A stretch of 63,781 nt of DNA, filler included, from Klebsormidium nitens (lineage: Eukaryota > Plantae > Klebsormidiophyceae): the NCBI GenBank assembly GCA_000708835.1. It is 6 parts of 6 records of this genome, joined end to end, with 100 filler letters (N's around TTAATTAATTAA, not from the genome) between each part and the next. Parts side by side here need not be neighbours in the genome. Positions count along the whole stretch, not along the records: positions 1 to 25,000 come from DF237864.1; 5 more parts are not named here. One strand, given 5' to 3'. A program made the position numbers and the translations under genes. The stretch's first letter is position 1, and each line of letters begins with the position of its first letter. The notes below the pieces were generated by a model, which saw only the letters and a list, made by a program, of their open reading frames with translations, was not told the origin of the DNA and ran no database searches. Shown piece by piece: positions 1 to 10,462 of this stretch.

Positions 1-103
1 AACCGCTGTGCACGCACGCCGGCGCTCACTAGTTCAAACCCTAACTCGGTCCGAACCCTAATCACGGAGTAATCCGGCTGACCATAATCACCGGATTCTA
101 ACA
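1..103 (-). mobile_element. One end of an LTR (partial, continues beyond the window start)
   Basis: The reverse complement starts TGTTAGAATCCGGTGATTATGGTCAGCCGG and aligns over ~100 bp with the LTR nested at 5806 (TGTTAAGATTCGGTGATTATAGTCAGCCGA...TAGGGTTCGG.CCGAGTTAGGGTTTG). Confidence 0.8.
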
Positions 104-537
104 GAGGTTCGTTCTATGTTCAACGGGTTCACTAACTCCACATCTATCCGTCCTTTCCTAGTTCCCCTGAGTTTCGAAAAAACCTCTGAAAAGGTCTGCC
201 CGTCTTTAGGCCTCTCGTGTTGTTCACGAACTCCCATCCCACCAAGATCTTGGCAGGGATCGTCTATGTATGGGTACAGGGCAAACTCAGCGCTCTTGAC
301 CCCGCGAACTTTGGTGATCACCCCATTCTCAGCTTCCATTTTGTTTGCGGCTCCAGGCTTTATTCGTGCAGAGAAGGAGATTGATGAAAAGACGGGGTAC
401 GTAACGCGAAGAAGCCGGACTTGCTCAATAGGACTTAGAAGAGGGCATGAAACGAAGTGCAACGCGCCAGTCGATAAGCGCTTCTGTAAGGTTGCGCTGC
501 ACAGCTCCGGAATGGTGACCTTCTTCTGAAGTTGCAC
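104..537 (-). other. Unidentified ORF fragment running into the LTR at 103
   Basis: 149-aa ORF with protein-like composition (FALYPYIDDPCQDLGG...RIDVELVNPLNIE) that ends inside the LTR terminus; no recognisable family. Confidence 0.25.
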
Positions 538-942
538 GAGATTAGGGTACGCCGCCTATAAACAGCAAGGTCAGATGGAGTTGGTAGGTAATCGATTGAA
601 GAACCCTCGATAGAAGAGGTACGTTGTTGAACCGCATATACGTGAACTATATGAGACGTATATGAGGTCTCATATAGTATATGAGGTATATGAGACCTCA
701 TGTACCATAGGTATAGGAACTTTTGGAGACAGAAGCGCGGTAGATATCAAGATGTGGAAATCAAGTCAACTTACGTAACGAAACGGGTCATAATCCGGAG
801 CTACCAATTACTCCGACCATGTGAATCACCAACCGACTGCCATAGCAACCTCTAGCAATATTTTTTGTTGTGCTCTTAAATGAGAGGTTTAGCAAAGAAA
901 CCATGACAAAGGACCAGAACAAAACTGGCCTGGTGAAGCGTA

Positions 943-1000
943 CTCTGAAGAACCCAACCTCTAAAGAACCTTTAAAGAACCCAACCTCTGAAGAACCAAC
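943..1000 (+). repeat. Short degenerate tandem repeat (CTCTGAAGAACCCAAC-like, ~4 units)
   Basis: ctctgaagaacccaac / ctctaaagaac / ctttaaagaacccaac / ctctgaagaaccaac read directly. Confidence 0.7.
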
Positions 1001-2487
1001 GAGAGGCAAAAGTGGATGACTAAGACCGAGATTAGAAGGTCTGCAGAGCCTTATAAGGAACCCGCGGCAAAGCCCTGCTTTAGAGAAGAGCCCTTTGGTA
1101 TCTTTACTCCCACTCACATTTTGGCTGAGCCACTGGCCGCTAGGATTCTGTCAAACGGACTCGCCATCTTCAAAGAACCTTAATGACGCCGGAGGGAATA
1201 CAAGGAAGGGCATTCAGGAGGGCAGTTTTGAAAGGAATGAACGTGGCAGGATGAGGCCGTAGCACTGGCACCTTGAGTTGGCTGACCGCTTGCTCTCCTC
1301 GGGGCATCTTCGATGCGGAGTAGCGTCCGTTGGTGGCCCGGTTGAAAGCAGCAAGACGGTTGTTACAGGTACTGCGTCACAATTAAGAGAATTAGCTTTG
1401 ATTCTTGTGTGGTGAAGCACCCGTAAGGACTAAGCCTGGCTGATCAGCACATGCTTGAACAGCACCGCTTTGAGGGAATGGCAACTTTTGCCACTTCAAC
1501 ATTCTCTGCCACACCAATGTTAGTCCGAAGCTAGCCCCAAGTAAGTTTGTCACGACAGTGGAGACCACATGAAGCTAGGATCCTGTTCTGTGAAAGAACC
1601 CCCAAAGCGGTCTCATAGATTTCCAAATTCTGAGCTTAAAGGTTGGCCTAGACGCTGTCGTTCCTCAAGCGCTCTGCATGAAACTTTAAAGTTTATTTGA
1701 AAGCATTGCTGCCTGGTAACAGCTTTCCAGCTTAGCAAGAGTGGGGAGCACAATCCTAGCTACAAGGTTGGCTTAAAAGCTTACGTTATTAAAGCGCCCA
1801 GGATTCAAGATTTTGATGAGTGATTCCTAGAAAGAAGTGACGCCTTGGTCATAGCTGAGCAAGAGTGCAAAGGAGAATATGATTATTTGAACTGTGCCAG
1901 TGGAGTAACCCTTGAAAAACCGAATATGGAAGAGAGGAGAATGATGTTTCAAGCAGACCACTAGACTGAGGCGCTAGGGAGATTGAGGGAAGCTTCTCTC
2001 GCAACCTTTCCAGCTCCCAAGGCTTACCTGGTTTCTCCACAAAGAATGGGAATTGTTATGTCTTTCATGAACTCTTGAATCGTGAAATCTTGCTTGGCAT
2101 CGAAGCCTTCTGCCATGTTTCCTCCTCCTTGGTTACATTGATTTTGCTTTAGGCTGGCACCCCAGAGCCTGTGGATCTAGGGTTTCACATTCTTCCAGCT
2201 GCCTGACACATTTTGACCTCTGTACTGAAGAAACTGCCTGCGCTTGAATCTGCCAAAGTTGAAAAGCTGATGAGCTTGGACACTAGTAGGAAACCGGAGG
2301 CGCCAAGAAAGATCGCACCGCCTGAAGGTTGCTAGCTTTACAAAGGCTGCAGCACACTAGAACGCAAATCTGATCTGGTCAGCTGAGGTTGCGTGCTACA
2401 GTCGACTGTCTGGTCTGATCGTTACCAGTTCGCTGCCAATCTGCTGCCACTGCCAGAGCTGATCTGCAAAGGTCGTTTCGTGCTTTC

Positions 2488-2573
2488 GTGTGGTCAGGCA
2501 TTGAATCTCGGCCGGACATTGCGAACACTGTGTGGTCAGGCATTGAATCTCGGTCGAACATTGCGGACACTGT
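2488..2573 (+). repeat. 42-bp tandem duplication (2 copies)
   Basis: gtgtggtcaggcattgaatctcgg[c/t]cg[g/a]acattgcg[a/g]acact occurs twice, adjacent. Confidence 0.9.
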
Positions 2574-2863
2574 CTTATATTACTTTAAGGTCATGGCTGC
2601 TCGCTCCGCAATTCTGGTTATATGCTGCCGTTCGGCTAAACTTTTAGTGCGTTACAGTTGGACGGTACTTTGGCGACCTCGTATGACCCCCCCGCGACAC
2701 AGAGCCTGCGTCGCCGCAAATTCCGGGATCCGAGATTTTTAACCCGGGCGGATTTTGACGATTAAAGTATCCCGGAAATTATGCCTATGGTACGTTTAAC
2801 CCCTCCTTCCTAGACGTCCTCTTCAACCTTATTCTATTTTGGCTGTAGAAGCCTTTCATAATT

Positions 2864-2893
2864 TGGGAGGGTGGATGGGAGCCCACCCTCCCA
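2864..2893. other. Perfect 11-bp stem hairpin
   Basis: tgggagggtgg - atgggagc - ccaccctccca. Confidence 0.7.
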
Positions 2894-4794
2894 CACACCC
2901 TACTTTACTGGGCAAGACCATCCTTTCACTGCCTGCTTAAAGTGGGCGTTCCATAACCCATGACGCCGGACACTAAAGCTATACCAGCAGCCGTCGGTCA
3001 CGATCCGTCAGTGCTTGTACCGTAGATGTCATGAGATCGACGGATTGGCATGCACTCTGTGCTTGAGCCGAGACTCGGTGCTCGGTGGAAACTCATGACT
3101 CCGGCGACGGCGAACCGCAAATCTCCCTGACTTCAGGCCGGGGCCATCGGTACATTTTAAAGTTGCTGTGGAATGTTGCGGACCTGCGCCGCAAGGCGCC
3201 GGAGTCACCCGGTTCTACAATGCTCTGAATAGATGGGTGACACAAGTGACTTTGCGACTGCCGGGGCTCACCTTTGTGAAAACCACGGTGAGTCTGTATG
3301 CGCTTTGCTGCGGAACACCCAAAAAGAACGAAAAAGAATGCACTTGTGCGAGATTTGAACCCGTGGATTTCCGGGTTGTGACCCTGCACCTTGCCACTAC
3401 GCTACGACCAGATCCCCCGGGCACAGTTTTGTCCGCGGAAATGCGAGCGAAAGGGGGTCTTGTAGGGGTACGCCCACATTAAAGAAGAACCCAAAGTGTT
3501 TGATTCCAGTCGGATTGACCCACTTTTTCTAGCGACCCTTTGATTTCGGCCTTTTCTGTGCCATTTCTGGACGATCTTCAGACGAAGTACGCAATCTCGG
3601 TTTAGTTGTGACTGATCTGTTACGGCGTAAAATTTGAACAGTCCTTTGACCCCATGCCCTCTATTTCGACATGCATAGCTCGGTAATTTCCCCATCTAGG
3701 TCTCGGTCTTCTTTTACTACTGCTTACAGATGATTAACAACATTACTCATGGTCGTCTTGGAGAACTTAGATATGAGTTCCTTCTCAAACCCGTTCAATG
3801 ACAATTCATTAAAATTATCAATTGACTCCAGCCACTGATCTGCGGCTCCTCGCATCAGTACAAATGCCATATATAAATATGTGGCATCCTCCATGCTTTA
3901 AATACAGCCACGTTCTAAAACATACGTAACCATTCCTAAGGCTTGCAGTGACCAGAATATGGGCAATGTTCCACCAAGATTATGCCATTTCCGGAATGCA
4001 TCAAGCCATTACCTCTTAGTGCCATAATGAAAATTTCGAAACTTGAAAAGAGAAAAACAGCCAAGATTTGTATTAGAATCCGCATTCTGTACTTACAGCG
4101 TTCTCTTTTTAGTCTCATTTGTTTTAGAGCTACCCTAAATCCTACTAGGCGCTTTTCTCAAGATCCCTGGCTTGTCAAACTTCCCTTGGTTATTGCTGGC
4201 CGCGGGCGGCTTTACCCCCTCTTCAAATCGCATTTTCTTTGCTTTCGGCTCCTTAGTTTCTTTGGGTGTCACCTTCAGTCGATATGTGCCCGGCTCCCTC
4301 GGGCATACCGGCCTGTCTGCTTTTAGAACCTTTTTGTTGGTTTTGAGGCCGCTGCGCTGCTTCTTCCGCACTACTTTTCAACACTTCTTCGCCCCGTTCC
4401 CGATCTCTTTCCTTGATGAGCCCTGCGACTCCCTTCTCCCTTGTCCCTAACAATTTTCCAAACTCCGTTGACAAAATCCGCATTTGGTCCCCCCTTCCTC
4501 TTTCTAATTTCGAGCTCCGACCTTTTACGCACATGCTCCAAGCCCTTTATTCTGCTAATTCTACCCCAAAGCCTGTAGCTTTTCTTGCTTGAATTTCAGC
4601 CAGCTAAGCAAGCTGCGTCCTTTTCCCGATCAAACACTCGCACCCTCTCCTCGGCTCCTTTGAGATTCTTTGAATAGAAGGTTCAAACGCTTCCTGCCCC
4701 AAGATCGTCCCCTTCTGCCTCTCTTTGTTTGCGGCCTCTCTTGTTTTTTCCTATTCTGCTTGCAGCGCAAATGCTCGGTCCCTTTTCTCACTTC

Positions 4795-5182
4795 TGTTGA
4801 GATTCGGGCATTTAGTGTGCGCGATCTCTTGGGTGACGTCGACGGGAGTTCGACGATAACCGGTAGTTAGCGGTTGGCGATTAAATGCGCGCGGGTTACA
4901 GCGTTACACCCGAATGACTTATTAAGATAACCGCCGTAATGAGTAGGTTCGAAGAGCCGTAGATATTCAGATTTGCGCGAGATCTTCGGACTTGCTTATC
5001 CGCGGTCAACTGAGCCTACTAGGCTATCAGTGTAGACCTCCTAGACTAGGAGTGTGACTCTACATGAGTGAGTCTAGCATTTCACACAGACTGCAGGGCT
5101 TTAGCGCCGCTAGACTCCAAACACTCGATATGTATTGTGTGAACCTGATCATTCGATCATTCATTTCCAACAAAGCCGAACA
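4795..5182 (+). repeat. 5' LTR of Copia element 1
   Basis: TGTTGAGATTCGGG...GCCGAACA; about 90-95% identical by eye to 10066-10457. Confidence 0.95.
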
Positions 5183-5195
5183 GGTTATGGGCCCA
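5183..5195 (+). promoter_or_regulatory. Primer-binding site, copia/Hemivirus type (internal tRNAiMet fragment)
   Basis: GGTTATGGGCCCA immediately follows the LTR end, matching the Drosophila copia-type PBS rather than TGGTATCA. Confidence 0.8.
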
Positions 5196-5473
5196 CGGCG
5201 CACGGACGGCGCACCACGGCGCCTGAGGAGTGAAGGCGCAAGCATTTAATAGTAGGCCTCCAGGAAGGCGATTGTTGAATCTTTGCGCCGAGGTCGGGCA
5301 ATGGTTCTCTTCGGTCAATGGAGGCATCGGCAGGGGCGGTCTGCTTTATCGTGGATGCTCTTCAAGCAAAGCGACATTCGTAAGTTCGTAAGGGGAGTCA
5401 AGTGGCGAGGAAAGTCCGGAAAGGAAATTCACCTTTGGTTTTGAGAAAGAGGAAAGGGAACGCAATCCTGAAA

Positions 5474-8400
5474 ATGGCCGACGGATGTAAGGTCCACATT
5501 GATAAGTTGGATGTGGAGAACTATATGACGTGGATTTCGAATATTAAGTTTTTTCTGACTTCCAAGGACTTATGGAACGGGGTTGAGGATCCCGTAGCGC
5601 ATCCGGCTCAATCAAACAAAGCGTTGTCCATCATCGGGCTAAACGTTGAGGACCATCATTTGGGGTCGATTGAGGAGTGCAAAACCGCAAAGGAGGCGTG
5701 GGATCTCCTTGAGAAGACCTACAAGAGCAAAACCAATACAACGAAGATGCAACTCAGGCAAGAGCTGCGTTCTCTCAAGATGAAGTCGGGTGAGCCAGTG
5801 AACATTGTTAAGATTCGGTGATTATAGTCAGCCGAAGTACTGTGATTAGGGTTCGGCCCGAGTTAGGGTTTGGACTAGCGAACGCCGACGTGCGTGTACG
5901 GCGGTTGGACGGTTAAACCGTTAGGCGGTTTGGAGGTTAGANNNNNNNNNNNNNNNNNNNNCTCCGCTGTGGCCTATGTGGCCGGGCGGAAAGGGGGCAA
6001 GGAGAAGGGCCACGGCAAGGATGAGAGCCGGAGCAAGGGTCCCAAGTGCTATAATTGCGGGGAGTACGGTCACATTGCTCGGAAGTGCAGTAAGCCGGAT
6101 AGGCGGGAGCACAAACCGGAGCAAAAGAAGGGGGGCAAACCTCCCAAGGGTGTGGCCTTTAGCAACATTGAGGGGGTGTCGACTGACGAGTGGCTAGTCG
6201 ATTCGGGTAGCTCCCAACACCTAACCGAGGACAAGAGCCTATTTGAGACCCTCGAAATGTTCGGGGGGAGTGGCCAAGAGTTCACGTTCGGGGACAATGG
6301 AACCCTATGGGCAGAGGGGAGCGGCTCGGTAGAGCTGCGTGGTGCGACACCGACCGGAGAAAGTCTGGTCACTCTGCAGACGTGATGTATGTCCCGGGGG
6401 TGGCGGCGAATCTGGTCTCGGTGAGCAAGGCCACCGAGGTTGCGTTGATGCTGTTCAAGGAAGACGAGAAGTGTGAGCTTGAGGTTGACGGGGAGGTAGT
6501 TCTTGTGGCTCGGAAAGTGACGAGGGTCTATGTGGTCAACCGAGCGGAGAAGGAGACGTGNNNNNNNNNNNNNNNNNNNNNNNNNNNNNNNNNNNNNNNN
6601 NNNNNNNNNNNNNNNNNNNNNNNNNNNNNNNNNNNNNNNNNNNNNNNNNNNNNNNNNNNNNNNNNNNNNNNNNNNNNNNNNNNNNNNNNNNNNNNNNNNN
6701 NNNNNNNNNNNNNNNNNNNNNNNNNNNNNNNNNNNNNNNNNNNNNNNNNNNNNNNNNNNNNNNNNNNNNNNNNNNNNNNNNNNNNNNNNNNNNNNNNNNN
6801 NNNNNNNNNNNNNNNNNNNNNNNNNNNNNNNNNNNNNNNNNNNNNNNNNNNNNNNNNNNNNNNNNNNNNNNNNNNNNNNNNNNNNNNNNNNNNNNNNNNN
6901 NNNNNNNNNNNNNNNNNNNNNNNNNNNNNNNNNNNNNNNNNNNNNNNNNNNNNNNNNNNNNNNNNNNNNNNNNNNNNNNNNNNNNNNNNNNNNNNNNNNN
7001 NNNNNNNNNNNNNNNNNNNNNNNNNNNNNNNNNNNNNNNNNNNNNNNNNNNNNNNNNNNNNNNNNNNNNNNNNNNNNNNNNNNNNNNNNNNNNNNNNNNN
7101 NNNNNNNNNNNNNNNNNNNNNNNNNNNNNNNNNNNNNNNNNNNNNNNNNNNNNNNNNNNNNNNNNNNNNNNNNNNNNNNNNNNNNNNNNNNNNNNNNNNN
7201 NNNNNNNNNNNNNNNNNNNNNNNNNNNNNNNNNNNNNNNNNNNNNNNNNNNNNNNNNNNNNNTGTTCAAGGAAGACGAGAAGTGTGAGCTTGAGGTTGAC
7301 GGGGAGGTAGTTCTTGTGGCTCGGAAAGTGACGAGGGTCTATGTGGTCAACCGAGCGGAGAAGGAGACGTGCTTCCTTGTAAAGGAGCCGGAAACGGCGG
7401 AGCTGTGGCACCGACGGTTGGGACACGCCGGGTACAAAAACTTGGCGAAGATGGTGCAAAGGGACCTTGTGGAAAAGGAAAGGGTGAAACCGAGTGCGTT
7501 CAGGGCGCTTGAAACCTCGGTGTGTGAGCCCTGCATTGTGGGGAAGCAAATTAGGCTCCCTTTTCCGGAATCCGACTCGGTGAGCACGGAGCCTCTTGAG
7601 CTAGTCCATATGGACGTCTGCGGGCCAATGCGGTAGCCTCGGTAGGGGGAAGCCTGTACTTTGCAACGTTTTGGACGATTACAGCAAACTCTCGGTTGTA
7701 GTCCCTATGAAGCAGAAAAGCGAGGTGGCCAAGATCACAGAGCACATGATCAACCGGTTGGAGTTGCAATCGGGAAGCAGCTCAAGTCGGTGCGGACGGA
7801 TCGGGGCAAGGAGTATTTCAACAAGGTCCTAGAAGAGGCTTTCGGGGGCAAGGGGACAATCCACGAGAAAACCGCCCCCTATAGCGCCGAGCAGATTGGG
7901 ACGGCGGAACGGCTTAACCGGGTTCTGGAGGAGAAGACCCGGCCAATGCTTGAGGACTCGGGGTTGGCCGAAGAGTTGTGGGCGGAAGCCGTGGTGACGG
8001 CCAACCACACCCGGAACCGGACGCCCGTGAGCGCCCATGGGAGGACTCCCTGGGAAGTTTTCTTTGGTGAAATGCCAATGTGGGCATATGAGGGTTTTTG
8101 GGGCCCAAGCGTTCCACCACGTGCCCAAGCAGCGGAGGCGTAAGCTAGATCCGGTGAGCGAGCTATGTGTGTTCGTGGGGTACGAGCCGGACTCGAAGGC
8201 GTACAGGTTGCTCAGAGACCGTGCCGGGAAGTTAATTATCTCCCGGGACGTCATACACTTTGACGAGGGGATCGGGGAAGACGGGGTTGTCGAGCTTGGC
8301 TCCGACCCCACGGACGGTTCCCAGACGGCGGAGGGTCCCGGCGCACAGGTTCACACGGAGGCCCATGAGGGGCTAAAAGTTGAATCTCTGCGCGAGGGCG

Positions 8401-10045
8401 ACGCGGCGCGCGCGCGCCCGACGACCCGCGGCCGCCGCGCGCGCTTTCACAAACGGGCCAAAATGAGGGCAAGTTTGAAACTGTGCGCGAGACCAGCAGA
8501 GCCGGAACAGATTGAGGAGGATATCGGGAGGCAAAAACCGGCTGCCCAGAGGTACCCCGCGCGCGAAAGACGCGCATCGGGGGAGTGGTACCGCGCTAAC
8601 TTAGCGGCGGAACCGAAGGCGGGGGAGCACCTCAAAGGGACGGGGAAGCACCTAGACCTGCAAAGCTATCAGGAAGCCATAGGGGGAGAAGAGAGTGAAC
8701 TATGGCGGAAGTCGATGGACGAGGAGATGCGGTCCTTGTTGGAGAATGGGACTGGGGAGCTCGTCAAAAAATCGGAAGGGGTCAAGCCGGTTCTCATAAA
8801 GTCGGTTTACAAGATAAAGCGGGACGCTCTCGGCAATGTGGAGCGGTACAAGTCCCGGCTGGTGGCGAAAGGGTACTTGCAAAAGCAGGGAACTGACTTT
8901 GAGGAGGTCTACGTTCCGGTGAGCAAGCACACCACATTGCGTGCATTGTTGGCGGTGGTCGCTGAGCGCGACTTGGAGCTGCACCAGCTGGACGTTAAGA
9001 CGGCGTTCCTCAATGAGGAGCAGGAGGAGGAGATCTACATGCAGCAGCCGCAGGGATACGAGCAAGGCGGGCCCAACATGGTCTGCCACCTCAAGCGCAC
9101 CATGTACGGCTTGCGCCGGGCGCCGCATGCATGGTACATGCGCCTGAATGAGGAGCTCGGGAACTTTGAGTTCGTGGCGTCAATGGCAGACGCGGCGCTC
9201 TTCAAGGAGATAGTAGCCGGGGAGCGGGTTTACCTGGTGGTGTGGGTAGACGACATTCTAGTGGCGGGGCGGACCGCATTGCCAAAGTAAAGGCGCATTT
9301 GGGGGAGAAGCTCGACATGCGCGACCTGGGGGAGGCGAAATACTTCCTCGGCATCGAGCTCTCGCGCGATAGGAAGGCGCGCATCCTAAAGCTAACCAAA
9401 AGAAGCCGACGGGGGAGCTTGTCGGACGGTACGGACTAGCGAGCGCTCGGGCGCGCTCGGTCCCTCTCGGAACGGGGGACAAATTAACCAAAGAAGGTGA
9501 ACCCCTCGACACAAAGCGGTTTCCCTACAGTGAGTGCGTGGGAAGCATGTTGTACTTGAGTGTGTGCACTCGGCCCGACATTGCACAGGCAGTGGGCGCG
9601 CTTGCGCGCTTTATGGCGAGGCCGACAGAGGAGCACTGGCGGGCGACGCTTGGAGTTGTGCGCTACCTGGCGGGTACGGGTGAGGACGGGGTGACCTTTG
9701 GGGGGAGCGGAGAGACTCTCATCGCTTATTGCGACGCAGATTACGTGGGTGACGTGGACACAATGCGGTCCACAACGGGTTTAGGGTTTTAAGGACGATT
9801 GGACTTTGGGACGGTCCTGATCTACTGCGACAACCAAAGGGCAATACGGCTCCTCAAGTACCCGATCGCTTCCCAGAGGTCGAAGCACATTGACATGATT
9901 TATCACTTTGCACGGGAGCGTGTGGCACGTAAGGAGGTCGCGTTCGCGTAATGCGAGACGGAGCACATGAAGGCAGACATCATGACCAAGGCCTTATAAA
10001 CCGGGGAAGTTCAAGAAGTGCAAGAGCGAGATAGGAATTGCATAA
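5474..10045 (+). pseudogene. Copia gag-pol (frameshifted, with gaps)
   Basis: Gag KLDVENYMTW..AKEAWDLLEKTY; CYNCGEYGHIARKC knuckle; WLVDSGSSQH protease; ELWHRRLGH..CEPC; LELVHMDVCGP, RTDRGKEY, AERLNR integrase; RYKSRLVAKG, QLDVKTAFLN, VWVDDIL RT; YCDADYVGD, SKHID RNaseH. Confidence 0.95.
5806..5941 (+). mobile_element. LTR of a second family nested in the Copia gag (runs into a gap)
   Basis: Gag homology stops at SGEPV/N and the sequence switches to TGTTAAGATTCGG..., homologous to 1-103 in opposite orientation. Confidence 0.8.
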
Positions 10046-10065
10046 GTCATTAGTGTGTGGGGGAG

Positions 10066-10457
10066 TGTTGAGATTCGGGCATTTAGTGTGCGCGATCTCT
10101 TGGGTGACGTCGACGAGAGTTCGACCATAGCCGGTAGTTAGCGATTGGCGATTAAATGCGCGCGGGTTACAGCGTTACACCCGAATGACTTATTAAGATA
10201 ACCGCCGTAATGAGTAGGTCCGATAACAGCCGTAGATATTCAGATTTGCGCGAGATCCTTGGACTTGCTTATCCGCGGTCAACTGAGCCTACTAGGCTAT
10301 CAGTGTAGACCCAGATCAGGAGTGTGACTCTACTTGAGTGAGTCTAGCTTAGCACACAGACTGCAGAGCTCTAGCGCCGCTAGACTCCAAACACTCGATA
10401 TGTATTGTGCGAACTTGATCATCGATCATTCATTTTCAACAACGCCGTATCTCAACA
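10066..10457 (+). repeat. 3' LTR of Copia element 1
   Basis: Follows the PPT; ends TATCTCAACA and then the TSD ACTTC. Confidence 0.95.
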
Positions 10458-10462
10458 ACTTC

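Larger units (their letters stand above)
4795..10457 (+). mobile_element. Full-length but decayed Ty1/Copia LTR retrotransposon
   Basis: Two ~390-bp TG..CA LTRs, 5-bp TSD ACTTC (4790-4794 and 10458-10462), PBS and PPT (tgtgtgggggag). Domain order gag - zinc knuckle - protease - integrase - RT - RNaseH. Confidence 0.97.

Noticed and set aside
1140-2340. Coding-like fragments
   Set aside because: Many stops and no recognisable motif; cannot support a call.
6453-7370. Apparent ~110-bp direct repeat either side of the gap (similar cases at 15255-15436 and 32180-32375)
   Set aside because: Overlapping contig ends duplicated across gaps, not biological repeats.
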